From Trichoplax sp. H2 (Eukaryota): DNA of 64,000 bases. The stretch covers positions 744,001 through 808,000 of the forward strand of contig NOWV01000003.1 of assembly GCA_003344405.1 (NCBI GenBank), in the 5' to 3' direction. A program made the position numbers and the translations under genes. Positions 25,592 through 40,700 of this stretch are shown piece after piece (positions within the stretch are counted from its first letter, which is position 1; each line of letters opens with the position of its first letter). The notes beneath the pieces were generated by a model. It had not been told where the DNA came from and did not search any database. It was given only the letters and a program-made list of their open reading frames with translations.

Positions 25592-28500
25592 ACAGTACAT
25601 GCATATATTTGCATCATTGCCGTTATACTATTATATCAGGACTTTTGCTTTAATAAGTATCAAATTGCAATAATTACTAAATATTAAAACACCAAATACT
25701 CCAGGTGTATACTTATTTTCGTAACACTTGATTGTTCTCAATAGTACTACTACTGAAAGGTCTACTGGACGCCCGCGTAAAAAACAATTTCAATTTTGAA
25801 TATGCGCGTACTGTAGATCATACATTTAGATCCGAAATTTAAACTATTGTCTTTTCCTTATAAGAGCTATCTTGACGAATTATATATATACGTAATTCGC
25901 TACTAGCTACAGAATTCAGCTGGAGATGTTATCATGACCTATGCCATGATCAATTTCATTTATTATTTGCAACTTGCTTCACAAAATGAGAATCATTCTT
26001 TCTTGACAAATTCCTTGTCAACGCATATTAATAAGACGCATAAAACAAATTATATAAGTTAAGATCAACTCAGAATGAATTCTTACTAGCACGCTATTTA
26101 AAATTTTAACTTATAGTCACTCTTATCGCTGATATAACTTGTGCAAGAAACTGGTCAATAACGGAATTTTGTCATTATAACACCATATTGGTATAACATA
26201 CTAATTTTACATTCCTTTCCACTCATCTACAATATTAAATATAAATTCTTATTGTCAACATAAGAGGATTGGGTTAGTTATTATTTCTTTTCCTCATTTG
26301 CCTTATACCAGTATGTATGCTACTCATTCAGGTACAGTTAGGTAATTTATTGATCATGCAAAAATAATGCTGATGAGCTTGAATTGTGCACGGTAGTCCA
26401 TTAAGTCACCAACTGGTCCAGATAATACTATTTGAACTTATTAGCATCCATTATCCTTATTGATCAAAGTAGCTGATCAATGTAGTTGTCATAATCGTTA
26501 TGGTACTTTACCATACACAGAAATTATTTATACTACGATACTTTTTAATTTGCATGATACTAGATGTTACTAGATAGCAGCCAGCGGTACATAGTAGGTC
26601 TAGCTTCTAGCATAATGTCAACATCGCTAGCAGCAGTGATAACTGCAGAATTTTCTCAAGGGAATGAGGACAATAAAACTATAGCAGTCGATAAAATATC
26701 GTAATCAACCCTATCAGTATTCTTTCTCGATTTATATCAGTTTCATAAAGAAATAAGGCCTTAATACCTTTTTTGTATTATGAACTACTTGCCATCGTGC
26801 CTAGGAATAGTGTGATTCAAAAATACGGTAATGGTGGTGTAATATGCATATATAAGAATTTAAAATTTCAGTTCTGTATGAAATCGAATCAGATTAAAAC
26901 ACAAGACCATCCTCATAATTTCTTCATTATTAGTTTTGTTCTAAACATTCTGGCTTTGCGTTTAGCAATGTATACGGGGAACCGATAAGAATGTTTTAGA
27001 ATATGAGGGATAACCATCTCTCGTATATCATACGATATGTCGTTCCTCTATAAATGCAATCCTTTTTCGTTATACCAGCTAATATTAAAAGGATAATGTA
27101 TTCGCTAGGTTCCTAGCATCAATTTTAATCTCAACCTTAACTGTAATATTTATGAATAGATTTTTCTCTAAATAGTATGTCGTCATTATCAAAATTTATC
27201 GGTCAATGATAAAATTTAAACAGCTGGACACAACTGTAGTAACATATGGATAATCATAATAGTTATTCTTTAATTGTGAGTCTATTTATTACTATTGCTG
27301 AATTGATCAATAAATGGAACTGTTACTAAGATGCATAAATATATTAAAGCGTCTACCGTTGAAATTTATCCAGCTTGTTTCTACATAGAGAGTTCCAATA
27401 TAATTATATGATTGTTAGTTGCAGGATCTCCTCGAGGATAATTATATATTTATACAATAATAATAATAGCATGAAATCAATAAGTTCTTTCATTACTAAT
27501 GTGAACAGCATCATATATCTTAAACAATAACAATATAGTTTCAATAGAAGCGCAAGCGCCGATGATATTAAAGTAAAATTTAAATTTTATGTTAGTAAAT
27601 TTATCTGAAATTGAAATTAACCAATTCCATGATGTAATTTAACGTTAAATATTTAGTAACTCGACATTTTAATCGTAATTAGCTATTAAATCATCAAGAA
27701 AATAATAATTTACGAAACAGATGTCGTTCGTAAAGTATAAGCTAAGAGACAATTAAATGGTATTCATAAATAACTTGATAACCATTGATAAAGATGTTGA
27801 AAATAACAATAAGTTTATCAAGTTCTCTTGAATAAGGTAGGACCGATTATTCAATTAAAAATATTGAACGGATAAGATACATAATCACTTTAATTAGTTA
27901 TTTTGGCAGAGAATTATATTTTAGCTATCCAAAAGTTTGTATTAAAATAAGGGTAGTAGGTAAAATAATGATAGTAAAGTTGAATCTATTCTCTTAACAA
28001 GGAACGTTACGATTATGTGTGCAAAGCGGTCAAATTATTATTATCGTTCTCTATTATGACATATTGTTTGATAACATGTTGAGCAAAGATGGTAGAGCTA
28101 TTGTTTATGTATTATTAACTAAATAATGATTTCGTAACTGTCATTAATCATCAGGTAGATGATAATAATTAGTATCCTCTTCCTAATAGCTAATATACAC
28201 ACCCATTTTATTTTCAATACATATCGAACTGACAATTCAGCTATTGAGATCAACAATATTGTTAATTGCCGCCTGCCTGATTCTTATTTCCTACTATCGT
28301 TAATTACCGTAGTAAAGTTAGATTGTGATAACCAGACGATGAGAACTCACAGCTTGTCCTTATCCAACTTGAATAAAATTAATAACCATCTATTCATAAA
28401 TATCATGTATTAGATAGAAACAACCAATCAGTGTTACTCTATAAATTTAGCAAATGTTGAGATTAAAACGAAAATATTATAGCCGACTCAGTCTACGCAC

Positions 28501-31500
28501 TGAGATCATATTCAACAGGTTTTTTCCTGATCTTTAACCTTTCATCAAGCCGCAAGTAAATAATTATATTAATTTATTTCTTTCAGTCTGATCATCTAAA
28601 CTTAACCATAGGGTTATATTATCATTTCTACGTTAAGGTACCTGCTTCGCTAAAAGTAGATGGGAGAATTACCATAAAGAATTTTTGTGAAAAACACAAA
28701 ATATAACTAATTGCATTCATTTCTACTTTAATACGCACAAACCGATATGCGCTTGCTAAACATGCAGGTACTGATATCATTAACTGATTGATCACGACGC
28801 AAGGTAAAAATTGTTTCGTGTTCAAATATACCAATCAGAATTAATTCGAAATCCTTTAGCCAAAATAGCACCGACTAATTATCGTAATTAAAAAGCCATT
28901 CATGTTATAGACTATTTAATTTAGGATTGCATCACACCATTGTCTACTATATTATTCTTTCATCAGGATAAAATTATTAAGGTAAATGATATTACTCCAT
29001 CATGATTAAAAAACGATATACCAGTAAACATGAAAAGTTAAATAAAATATTACATGTCATACGTCATAGTATATCAAAATTAAATCCATAAATCAGATCA
29101 ATTATGAATTTGTTATTAATCTGCTCGTATGGCGGATTGAAATAGAAGAAATGCTTGAATTTAATCTGCGGCGTCTATTTTTTGGAAAGATCATTCTACT
29201 AAACTTTCAATAATTTTACTTCTAACTTATTTGCAACGGGTATGATTATGTTCCTATGCTCACTGTCAGTAAGAAAAAAAAACATTAAAATTTAACGGTT
29301 ATTCGCAATTAATTTTACGTTCAAATTATAAACTGTCTATGTTAAACAACTTAATAATGAATCCAAATAAAATAGAATAAATCAGTATTATCAAAAAATT
29401 TAATGAATAATAACGTTCTAGGAGGTATAACCCATTAATATTTACTAAGCTGAAGGTTACGGAGGGAAAGTCATAAAATAAAAAGCTATACAGAGATCAG
29501 ACAACACTTGTAAATTACCACTTAGAATTTAGATATGATACCGAGATAAGTTGAGTGATTATTCAAGTAGATTATAATTCGTTTTATTGTCATGGAAATA
29601 TTAATTTTAAGTGGACCAAGTGATGACGATCGCAAATTGGACGAGACTATTGTTTCTAGCTATTGATTTCGATGATGGGCTGACGTTCACTAATTAATTA
29701 CACAACAGTAAGAATGAATTAATTACTTTTTTCAAGCGCCGCTATTTTTATCTGATGGCGTTGGGTTTAAACAAGATCGTCAACTTATTATCTGCACTCG
29801 CAGAGCAGAATAAAATATAGATTTAATGAAGCCAGAATCATACTGTATTTTGGATTTGTTTGTTAAAGCTTCGCTTAACTTTGATTCATTGAGATACTAT
29901 AACTTGATTAATTTGTCTAAATCTGCCTAAAACTATTTATGATACTAACTCAGTTTTCTATACTACGGTTTTTGATTATCATGATGTTAATATCTCCAAC
30001 GAAAAAAATGAAATTCAATCTAGTCATAAAATTAGTATCTTTACAATATTATGGCATTATTCCTGTTCTCATACCAAAAATTACTACAGCGAGAAGTATT
30101 AGTAACATTCTAGCAACCTTAGCTTCAACTATTAAATTGAATAAATAGTTATGTTTTATATCCTTAGTTAATAAAATTATCTATTTATTTTGCTAAAGCT
30201 AGCGTAACTTTATTTCATAAATTATGATCGCGATTAAAGAATGGGTAAAGTTAGTGTCTTAAATCGAATCCAATCAACTGTTTTCTAGGCATAACTAATT
30301 GTTTAGTATGGTGAAAGATGTCAACACAAATCAGCATGTGAAGACAAATAAATCAATCAATATTTAGTTATTAACCTTTTGTTTTTACTAGCTTTTACCT
30401 AAAATTACAGACTATTTTTTTGTTTGCCGTATTCATCCTTCAAACAATAATTAAATACAATAAACGAAGACTGGAATGTCTATTACTCACAATGAAGGCT
30501 AGCTACTCTTATTTTCGGGATCTCTGATTAAATGTAACTTTTAATAGATATAATGAGATGATAAAGTTTTGAATTCACCATAGCATAATTTATATCAACT
30601 TACCGACTAATATTATTTCCCTTACCACATCGTTCATTTTCTAGATTAATATATTTTGAAAGATAAGGAAGCAATATTTTACTTATAACAAGGATATGAA
30701 TAAATAATGCTCGCTAAATACTAGATTATAGCAACTTGTGGGTAACTGCATCCTTATTTAGTTAGATGTTTTGATGGAAAATTCGCCATTTTAACTTACG
30801 AAATTAACTATAATTATTTACTAATCGTTTTGTAACTTAATAACCTATTAAATGATCTTAAGTGGGGTTGCATGGATGATTGTTTTCTGTTTATCCAGCT
30901 TGTTGTAGTATATATACTCGAGATTTTCTGAAATTAGTAATCGCACTTACACATAAACATATTACACAAGTCTCGGGAAAATATAAAAGTTGAGTAAATT
31001 AGTTTATAGTGATATTATATCCATTAGCTTGAATTTTATAGATTTGTAGGATCATAGTTTTGCTGTAGCTCAAGACACTATAAGAGGAACATTTGAAAAG
31101 GTAGGGCATAAATTGATTAAATTAGGGTCTTCTGGCATTTTAGTCGGATGTATCGAATTAGGTTAACATTAAGAGAAAAAGTTAATCACAAGTAGACCAA
31201 CATAACAAATATGCATGAAATGCCGAAGATAGAAAGATACTAGTTAAGACAATTGCTAATCCTTTCAGAGTGGGCTTGATCAATAAAACCCGTTGTCCTT
31301 CCTACTTCATCATTTTGTCAATGTAAGCTTAGGCGAACATCCTTTTACGTCTTTTCTATTGTATCTACTGTCAAATAATGGCTAATAGACAATTTATATA
31401 ATGCATAAAATGATTGATTTATAACAAATTTACACTTTTATCGGTAGTATCCAATATCTTACCTTCCTTCGATAATCTTGAAACAAACGTTATCAAAAAG

Positions 31501-33713
31501 ATAATACTAAGTGATAATTACTGATAAGAGAAACAAGTTTATCCTTGGCATAAGGCTGTCTTCTAACAGTTCGACAAAGTTATGATCGTCGATCAATCGA
31601 ATTTGTCAAAATAATTAATTGGGAAACAATAGAAATAGATTAATTGTCTTAACAACAATACGACAAATGATTGGAGTGATCGCTAGAATTTTTAACAATA
31701 TAAATCATGAATAAATGTGATTTGTAATATACTGATTTGGTACATTCCTACGCAGCATGAACTTGCCCCTACCAGATTATTATGTATATCCAATATACAT
31801 GCTACATAAAAGTGATATATAGTGCACTGATTGATTTTATAAGAATATGGGGTTATAGATAAAAAAATTGTTCACAAGTTGGTAATAGATATATTCATTT
31901 TACAAAGTAAAAATTATCCATGTAAGCACTAGTGATATTATTCAGTTATCATTTTCCTGTGCCCAGTGAGAGGATTAATATATTTGCACTATCTATTGAT
32001 ATTATCACTTAAGAAAGTGATGTAACTATGTATTATTATTATTGGTGATAGAACCAAGGAATTAAGAAATTACGTCTCGATTATTGGGTTATACAAACTA
32101 CGTTGTTAATCAATTATGAATTTCAATAATAACTATAGAATACTAATACATTTCAAAAACTGTGTGGCAGTAGTTGATAAATTGTCTAGAAATAAGATAT
32201 ACAGATTCCATGTGTTATAAGTTCACTCTATACGAACCATTACCTAGGATTCATTAATCGGTCAAGTCTTTGTGCAATGTAAAGTGTTCATAAACCCGCT
32301 TGGTCTTCATAGAAATACTAATATATTCGAGCTATAGCCTAGTTACCTTTATAAGCTTATCACCAACAGTTCGTTTTTCTCTTGGTGCTAATTACTGTAT
32401 AATCAATTTATAGATGAACATCTTTTAACTACGGCGTCAAACGAGGATTCAATAGTCTTCAGTTTATTTATATCACTAAATTACTACTTACGATATTCGA
32501 TATAACTGTAGTATAATTATAATTGTAGCATTATTCTCTTTTTAGTTTATTCAGTAATGACTTATACTCGTAAGTTATATGAACACATGAGCGAATGCAC
32601 TAATTATCGTAAGGACTATCCGGTAAATACTCTTTATTATCTGAATTTTCCTTAAGCCAAATTTACCCGCTAAAAGGTAATTTTAACATTATGAGTCTGC
32701 AAGAAGGCCTAGGTAAATAAAGAACTCGAACGCAAATAGTCAATGCACTTTAGAATCTTGAAATGCGAATTATGCTTCTTTTCATAATATGACTTGGTAT
32801 CGAATTTAGTTTGGTTGTGTAAATACCGTGTAATCATTTAATCCGATCAACAAGTACGTTAGTTGTAGTACTGCTGCAAAGGTGAAAAGCTCCCAATTAC
32901 ATACATTTACTTTATTTAATATATTAGTTTCATTTGTCTGTTCTTAAGTTAATATAATTAAAGTCGACTTTCATCGAACACACTTACGGTATTATAAAAT
33001 CTATACGATCATATGTAAAGCTTACCAAGGCCTATTATTATTACCAGGACGTGCCCAATTTTGTTAAATACGAGTAATCTCACATAATCGGATATGGCTG
33101 TAATGATATATAAGTTTCATGAATTCATTCGATGGAGATATATTTAGCAGTCACAAATTTTAAGCAAATACAAAATACGTAAATACCTTTAATATATAAT
33201 ATCATGTGTATCAAGATACAGAAAATACAATAAGGTGAAATTTAAAGCAAGTAAAAATTATTTCGTCATCAAATATGGTACATCAAGTAATCCTAAAATA
33301 TGCTATAATATAAAATAATTTCACTAGTTCCAATGGAACAGGTAACGCAAACATAAATAATTGGCATCATCATGCATATACGCATACATCAAAATCTATA
33401 CAAACTGAAATTGCAAATTTCATTTTTAGGAGATTATCATAACAGAAACTGCTTAAAATGAAATCGCCCTTCCGCTATTATGCGAGGATATAATATATAT
33501 TCTACACGGCGATCGTTAACTGGTAGCATATTCGTCACAGGTTTACAATAACGCATTCAAAACTACATCTCATTAAGGAAAAACCAAATAGATAAACACG
33601 TATAGTTATTAAAAATTTTACTAATATAATACGCTATATAAAAGAGGGTCTAGCTGTTAGATCCATCCACGATCCATTCGTTTGTCGTTTCTTTACAAAT
33701 AGTTATGCTATAT

Positions 33714-36700
33714 TTAACTATCATCATTTATAGCAACTTTAGGTAATTTTGCTTTCGCTGATGAGGTCATGATTTTACTAACAACGGACGCTAAGCTAGG
33801 CGTCTTTTCACCAGAAACTTTCTTCATGATAGCTTGAGCTACACTTCTTAACCTTTTCCTTGAATGCGTCCAGTCAGGTACATATTCTGCTTTCAGAAAT
33901 GTCTCCCGTGAAATTGATCGATCAGGAAGGTTTTCCAATATTCCACAAATCGATCCTTTCAATTTCGATTATTAATTATAATCAACAATATGTCAGATAT
34001 TTCTTACAGTTGACTAAGTATATATTAAATATATATTGACAAAGACTATCAGCGATTTGATACCTCCTAGCCAATTTGTATAATTCGGATGCACGACTGT
34101 TTCATAAAATTTAAAGGTCTTAACGCTTAGTTCATCCTTGTAGCGTGGTGAATTGGCTAATACTGTCAACTCTTCTTTCAGACGCCAACTAATGCCAGAA
34201 TGAATCATATTACGGACATTTGGTACTGCTAGTAGCAATTAGCTTATTACGTAATAAATAGGCTTACTTAAATCCCGGAATAGCTGCACAACCACCTGTT
34301 ACACAGATACTTGCCGCTAAGTCCTTACGAATATCGATCGGGCACTACAGTAATTATAGCATGTGGTAGGTTAACATATCCAGCTGGAATTTCCCCTTAG
34401 TGATTGACGGCGTTATATCATGAAATACTTACCATAAGCAGACAGTCTATGATCATTGATGCAAGAGATATATCATTACAATCCGGCTTAAAGACTGCAT
34501 CTAACATTTTATCCCTGGAGAGAATGATTAAAAATTGAATTCAGTATTATTACTTCCCGAAGAATTATACGAAAGAGCAAAAAAACGATCAGTTTAGTAT
34601 TTCATAAAGGAAATTCATACCTAACTTCGCCAGGGATTGTTAGAACCTTACTTGGTCCTAAATGGAACTTCATAGGTTTTGCGGGAAGAGGCTATCTCGT
34701 CGACGGTAAGACCAAATTAAATTAATCACACTATTTATCGTTTCTACTGACGTAAATGCTCGTACCTTTATTGTAGACTCAGAAGCATTATCTTCATAAT
34801 TCGGATTATGACCTGACACGCATGCCTTTACTGAAATTAGTTTATAAATTTTATGACAGAGTATGTAGGAGTCGTTATGTAATCAAATGCGTGAATAAAT
34901 ATATTCATACAGTTAAAATTAGAAATTAAATTAATCAGGACATAATAAAGAGCTATAGACGTACAAATTCTACTACTAGAAATAAAATACTGTATAGCTT
35001 TGAATGTTTAATAATAAGGAATACCTTTGATCTCTTCTAGTATATCTTCTGTTAAAGGGCCTTTTAAGAGATAAAACATATCATAAATGTGCTACTATTA
35101 AATTTCGAAGGGGTGTTACTTGAAAGATCTGTAACGGTAGATTAAAAGCATACAATACAAGTGTACCTCTTTCGGCAGCGAAAGGTTTCGTTTCGTTACC
35201 ATAAGTTATCGAGGCGTACAGCAACAAAAGCTTTTCTAGGTGACTACATTAGAATAGTTAAAAGTATTTCACAAACGACGATACTGCTTTATTAATTATT
35301 TAACTAAGTATTTTTGTTTTCAACAGTTTTTAGCTTAAAATTTCTTCGATTAACTTTAACAACTAAAGGATGAAATTCCGAATCATCAATAACTAACAAT
35401 AAATACGACTATCTTTAGAAAGATATTATACTTTTCGATAGCTAGATCTATGTGTTACAACGTGCTCTAACACTATTTTCTGATATGGTGATAGTATGGT
35501 GTAATTTTTGGTTATACTGTACATAGAATTTTATGATAACAGTTAATATTTCAGAATTATTATTAAGTTAACTTTCCTGTATACGGTACCTGCACATACA
35601 GTATGTACGTTAAATTGATTTTTTATACTTATCACGATATTTTTGATTACTATGAAATTAACTTACGAATTTATCACTTTCCCGGCAAGGTTAGAGACTT
35701 GGCAGCAATTAAATAACGAAGCAGTTTCATAAAATGGTAAGACTATCGCCTCACTGTAGCCACAATCTACTATCATCGCAGTTGGGAGCCCTAAGCTATA
35801 TAAACCCATTAAATGGCCTGGCGCAAACATAGCCGATTGGATCTGTTATTCACGGAGGAAAAGAAAGGTTACGATGGTTTAAATATCTTACCTTAATTTT
35901 ATCAATCAGATCACATAATATTACGATATAGATACGTAAAGATGATCAGTTGTAATTTTAGCTAAAATCTAGGCCGTTTTACTTAACTTGTAAATAAAGA
36001 ATGGATACCGTGATGTGATAAATATAAACAATTTTAATTATTCCTGATTTTCATCACATATATTAAAATGTTACGCATTAAAGTTGTCATAATGCAATTC
36101 TATCATATGTAATAATCGATAATATGGTACAGCAACGATCTATTGTCTAATCGATTTTATATATACTCTACTATACCTCGAAATGCTGAAAGATGACTTT
36201 TGCAAGGGAATTTTTGAACGTATTAGGGCATAGAACAGATTCTACAATAACCATACGCCTATCTTTTGGATTGACTAGTAGATACCTTAGATATTGTAAG
36301 AATGAAAAGTAAATAAAGACGTCAAATTTGTTAAGCAGCTAAAAATAAGCAAATTAAGATGCATTACAATAAGTAAGAAATTTATGCTGTCCCATACTTG
36401 AAAAAAATGTTATGGATAAATCGTTTTAGCAACTTGACTAATTCTTGGCTATTTCCTGCATAATCGATGAATTTGACAACTTTCTCCTAGAATTCAGAAA
36501 ATGAGTTGAAAATAAGTCCGTTTTAATCATAAGTTGAGGTAGCTTCGTAAGAATTATCTATCTCAGCTTACCTTGCCATCGACACAGGTAACAACAGAAC
36601 TTGGCAAAATATGTCGAGGGCACGATTCTCCTGCAAAGCCACATCTTTATAAATACAATATTATGCATGGTTTAAGGGAACATGATTAATCCTTTCTAAT

Positions 36701-37408
36701 ATACCGTATGTTACCTCTATTAAATTGAGATTCTACTATTGACAGCATGCAATTTTGTCATTAAATTAGTTCAGAAAAATTATTCCAATCTTGATTAATT
36801 TTCGATACTTGACTAGGATGCCGCTAATACTTTATTAACACGAATATTAAAACTATTCTCAACAATGATAGTTTAGATTTGGAAATGTTATAAGCGTAAA
36901 TAAAAGTAATAGATCTAATAGTAACAAAAGCTGTACAGCTATTTCCTATTGCAGAAATGAGAGAATAAAGCACGTGTAGTGATCACTGAAGAAAGGACTA
37001 AATTAATAAATGGTAATAGCAATCGTGTAATCATCATCTTGTCTAGCAGTAGCAGAGGCAAATGAAGCAAGTGTAATACGCGTACAGTATAGGAATAACA
37101 TGGACAAACGACGGTTAATAGACTAGATTGATAGGGGGTTGCTTTATTTGTCTTAAACTGCCAACAAAAGCAAAGATAATCATTTTTACATCATTAAAAG
37201 CACCAAATAGGACGACTAAAACGATCATTAATTTATAAAACAAGTTACTAGAGTAGTCTTGGTTCAAATTCATGTACTTGCCAGCCTTCAAATCTATCCG
37301 TAATCATTTTTACATATAAAAAAACGCTTACTTTGTATATGCAGCTCCAATATCTAACACTACTGGTACTTTTTCACTACCCAATACAATATTATCCAGT
37401 AGTGACAT
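33714..37408 (-). CDS. ACTR10: Actin-related protein 10 (dynactin Arp11), multi-exon
   Basis: MSLLDNIVLGSEKVPVVLDIGAAYTK|CGFAGESCPRHI; YLLVNPKDRRMVIVESVLCP; IVDCGYSEAIVLP; CPIDIRKDLA; NYTNWLGGSICG; VPDW. Confidence 0.92.
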
Positions 37409-37777
37409 AATTGATTCTTTTTTTAGAAGGTTAACTAATCTGAATAACGTTCATGGAATACAACAAGATGGAGGAAATGAGAATTTCACCAAATCGATTG
37501 ATGAAGTGTTTTACTGAGAGGCTTTTTTTAGACTAGTGGTAGCCAATCTAGCACTCGCTCTTTTATATCAGCGGTCACTGCTGTATGGTACGCTGTACTA
37601 CGACGACCGACAGTACGACGTATGGAATAGTGCCTGATACTGTAATTGCGATTACTGTATAGAACATGTGGTTAATAAAACTAGTCGAGTATAGAAAAGA
37701 CTGGATTGTGTTGGGTAGATAGTTGGTTGTCGTCCACTTGATCTCCACCTGCTGAGCTGCAAGTTGAGCTAGGAGTC
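37409..37777. promoter_or_regulatory. Putative bidirectional promoter ACTR10/CEBPZ (~370 bp between start codons)
   Basis: Head-to-head ATGs at 37408(-) and 37778(+); a few TACTGTA units at ~37638-37660. Confidence 0.6.
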
Positions 37778-40700
37778 ATGGCTTCTGCAAAGAATGATCT
37801 CCAAATGGAAGATATTATCGCTCTTAGTGGTGATGAGGTAAATAACGATGTTTCTACTGTAGATATTCAGTTAGTAATGTCGTAGTGAATCAACTAAAAA
37901 TTTAGAGCTACACTTTGCTTGGACCTAGATTGTATTCTTTGTGGACGAAATCATGTCAAGAATTTGCAACATTACAAATAAAGTACAGTAGGAACTGGTC
38001 TAGACATGACTATCCTTAGGTTAATCAATGCTATTGCACACTTATACGTATTATAGGACAGGAATACTCGATAAGATTCAGCTAACTATCTGATCTAATT
38101 CGTATTGTATCTACGAGGGATCATAATAGAACGACGATTTTGTAATATCTATTTAATAGAAAACCAAAACGATACAGGATTTAGTTGACCTGACTGTTCT
38201 GGTGTACTGCACTCCAGAATGGTAGCAATCATTATCATCATTTTAGATTATTACTTATTATATAAAGAGGTGTTACTCACTTATTAACTACTGTAGAAAT
38301 TCTTAATTCTTGATGCAACAACCTATTTATTGCATGCATAGATAGTCGTTAAGGCTAAAATTATCTAGCTTTTTATTGCCTCTAGCCATTCTTACAAACC
38401 TAATGATATATATTTAATATGTAGTATATATATATAATATTGTGTAAATATGCTAATAGGATGATTTCAAGTTAATACAATCTGTTGATGGCGATGTCAT
38501 TGGAGATATCGATACTGATAGTGCTTTCAAGGACGTTGGTAAAGACATTGACCAAAAGGAGGTAAATATTTGAATTTTCTGTAATCGCCATCTAGAGGAA
38601 GGGTATAACCAACTTCTGTTTATTTTTCTATCTGGGTGATAATCCTTGCGTAAAGATTAATTAGTAATAGTGTAAATCAATGTAGCATAATAACTAACCT
38701 GCTACAACAGTTGCTTCTCTATATTGTCTAAAGTTCTCTGGTTTTTTATTGCAGATAAAGTCTTTAATCAAGGACATTGGTTTAGCTAAGTTCCAATTAG
38801 GAGCAACAGTTTCTACTTCAATACAAGCTCACGATCTTAACTATGCAGAAAGTAAGGATAAAAAGAAATCAAAGAAAAAGCAAAAAAAGATATCGAATGA
38901 CAGTATTCAAAATAATACTGGGACCGTAAACAGGGATCAATCTGTGTCTAACATTGGCAATGCGAAGGATCAACAAATATTACAGAATACTAGTACATTA
39001 GCAAGAAATAATCAGACTCTCCCAGATAATAATGACCAATCTAAAATATTTCAAAAAGTTCTGCCATGCTCTTTCCATACTACAATTCGAAAATATTTAC
39101 TTCTAGAACTAGATGGTCTATGGTATAAGGTTACTATGAAAGAAATCATCAGTTTATTACTATTTCTGATTTAATATCAATTTTATTTGAGTAGTGCAAA
39201 TATATGCCTAGACACTATACTATTAACCTATTTTTTGATCAATCCTTCAATCAGGATCTGGAAGAATGTCAGGAAACTATTCCAAAATCAGATATAAGAA
39301 AATCCACCTCTGACGTGCTTAAAACATACGAAAATGTTGCATCTGAATTAATATCGAATGAAAGCGAACTTTATCATCATAGTTAGTGCTTATAAAGTTA
39401 TTTTATGCTAAGCATCAGGTCTTTAACATATTTAACTTATATTAATTTATTATTTCATGAAATGTATATATATATTTAAAGAAAAATCAAAAGATAGAAA
39501 AAGTGATTTCGATTGGTTAAAAACAGTTATGGCTTCGGGTACACTTACTGATAAAACCGCCGCACATGCTGTGCTGTTACAGGTGCTGCAACGGATGTAG
39601 TGAAAATGTTTCCATTTCCTTTCTTTATATTATTACATAAAAATTATATGAAACATACTTCAGGGAAGATACTGTACGATCATTACAACTTTGCAGGCAT
39701 CACCTATGCTTAAATTTCATAACTTCTGTAAATAAGGAAATATGTATGATTTATAATTGATCCAATGTACTGATGATAATAGGAATCTCCCGTGCATAAC
39801 TTACAAAGTCTCAAAAGTCTTATTGGGATGAGTAAAAAAAAAGGAAAAAGGGAATCTCTTTTGGCACTTGGTACAATAAATATTGTCACTATGATTTACA
39901 TCAATTACAGTATAAATTATTTCTATGATTTTATCGTAGAGTATAAATTGTAATACAAGATCTTATTGTTGTTAGATACCCTAAAAGAAGTTCTACTTTC
40001 CAATTTACTGCCTGATGATAGAAAATTGAAGAAATTGTCTCAGGTATAGCAAATTAATATAGGATTAATAACTGCAATTGGTATGTACACAATGATAACT
40101 TTGTTTCTACTCGCATTCTATTATATTCGTGCATATTTAATCTATTTTAGCAACCATTGCATGTCTTGAATGAATTGCACGACTCAAATAAAGATGTAGA
40201 ACTGCGTGATAAGCTACTAATATACTGGCATTTTGAACAACAATTAAAAGATCTATATGCTGAGCTTATATCTATTATAAAGGTATACTATCGCAGTGTT
40301 GAATCGCTGCTATCGTATTACTTAGGAATAGTTAATTATATAATTACATAGCACCTAAAAATTGAGTTTCTATTCTGATTCTAGAACATGCTGAATGATT
40401 CTATACTACATATTAAAAATAAAGTCCTCGGTATGATTTTGTACATTTATTAGAGTTTTCTAGTAGTAAATAATGAATTATTACATAAGGCTAAAAAGAT
40501 CTCTGTTCTCATGATTAGGAATATTGTTTGATCTATTTTGCGGAAAGCCTGAACTAGAAAATGTATGATGTCAATTTGTTTGAGAGATTTTATTTATATT
40601 CCGGTAATAAGTTCTGTTATTTATAACTTCATAACAGGTTACTTTGCCAATGATTGTTAATAAACTTGGTGATCCAGAAAAAAAAGTAGCCTCTAAAACT

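Noticed and set aside
21175..30148. Short ORFs in the bHLH upstream region
   Set aside because: AT-rich random composition, no motifs and no consistent exon chains.
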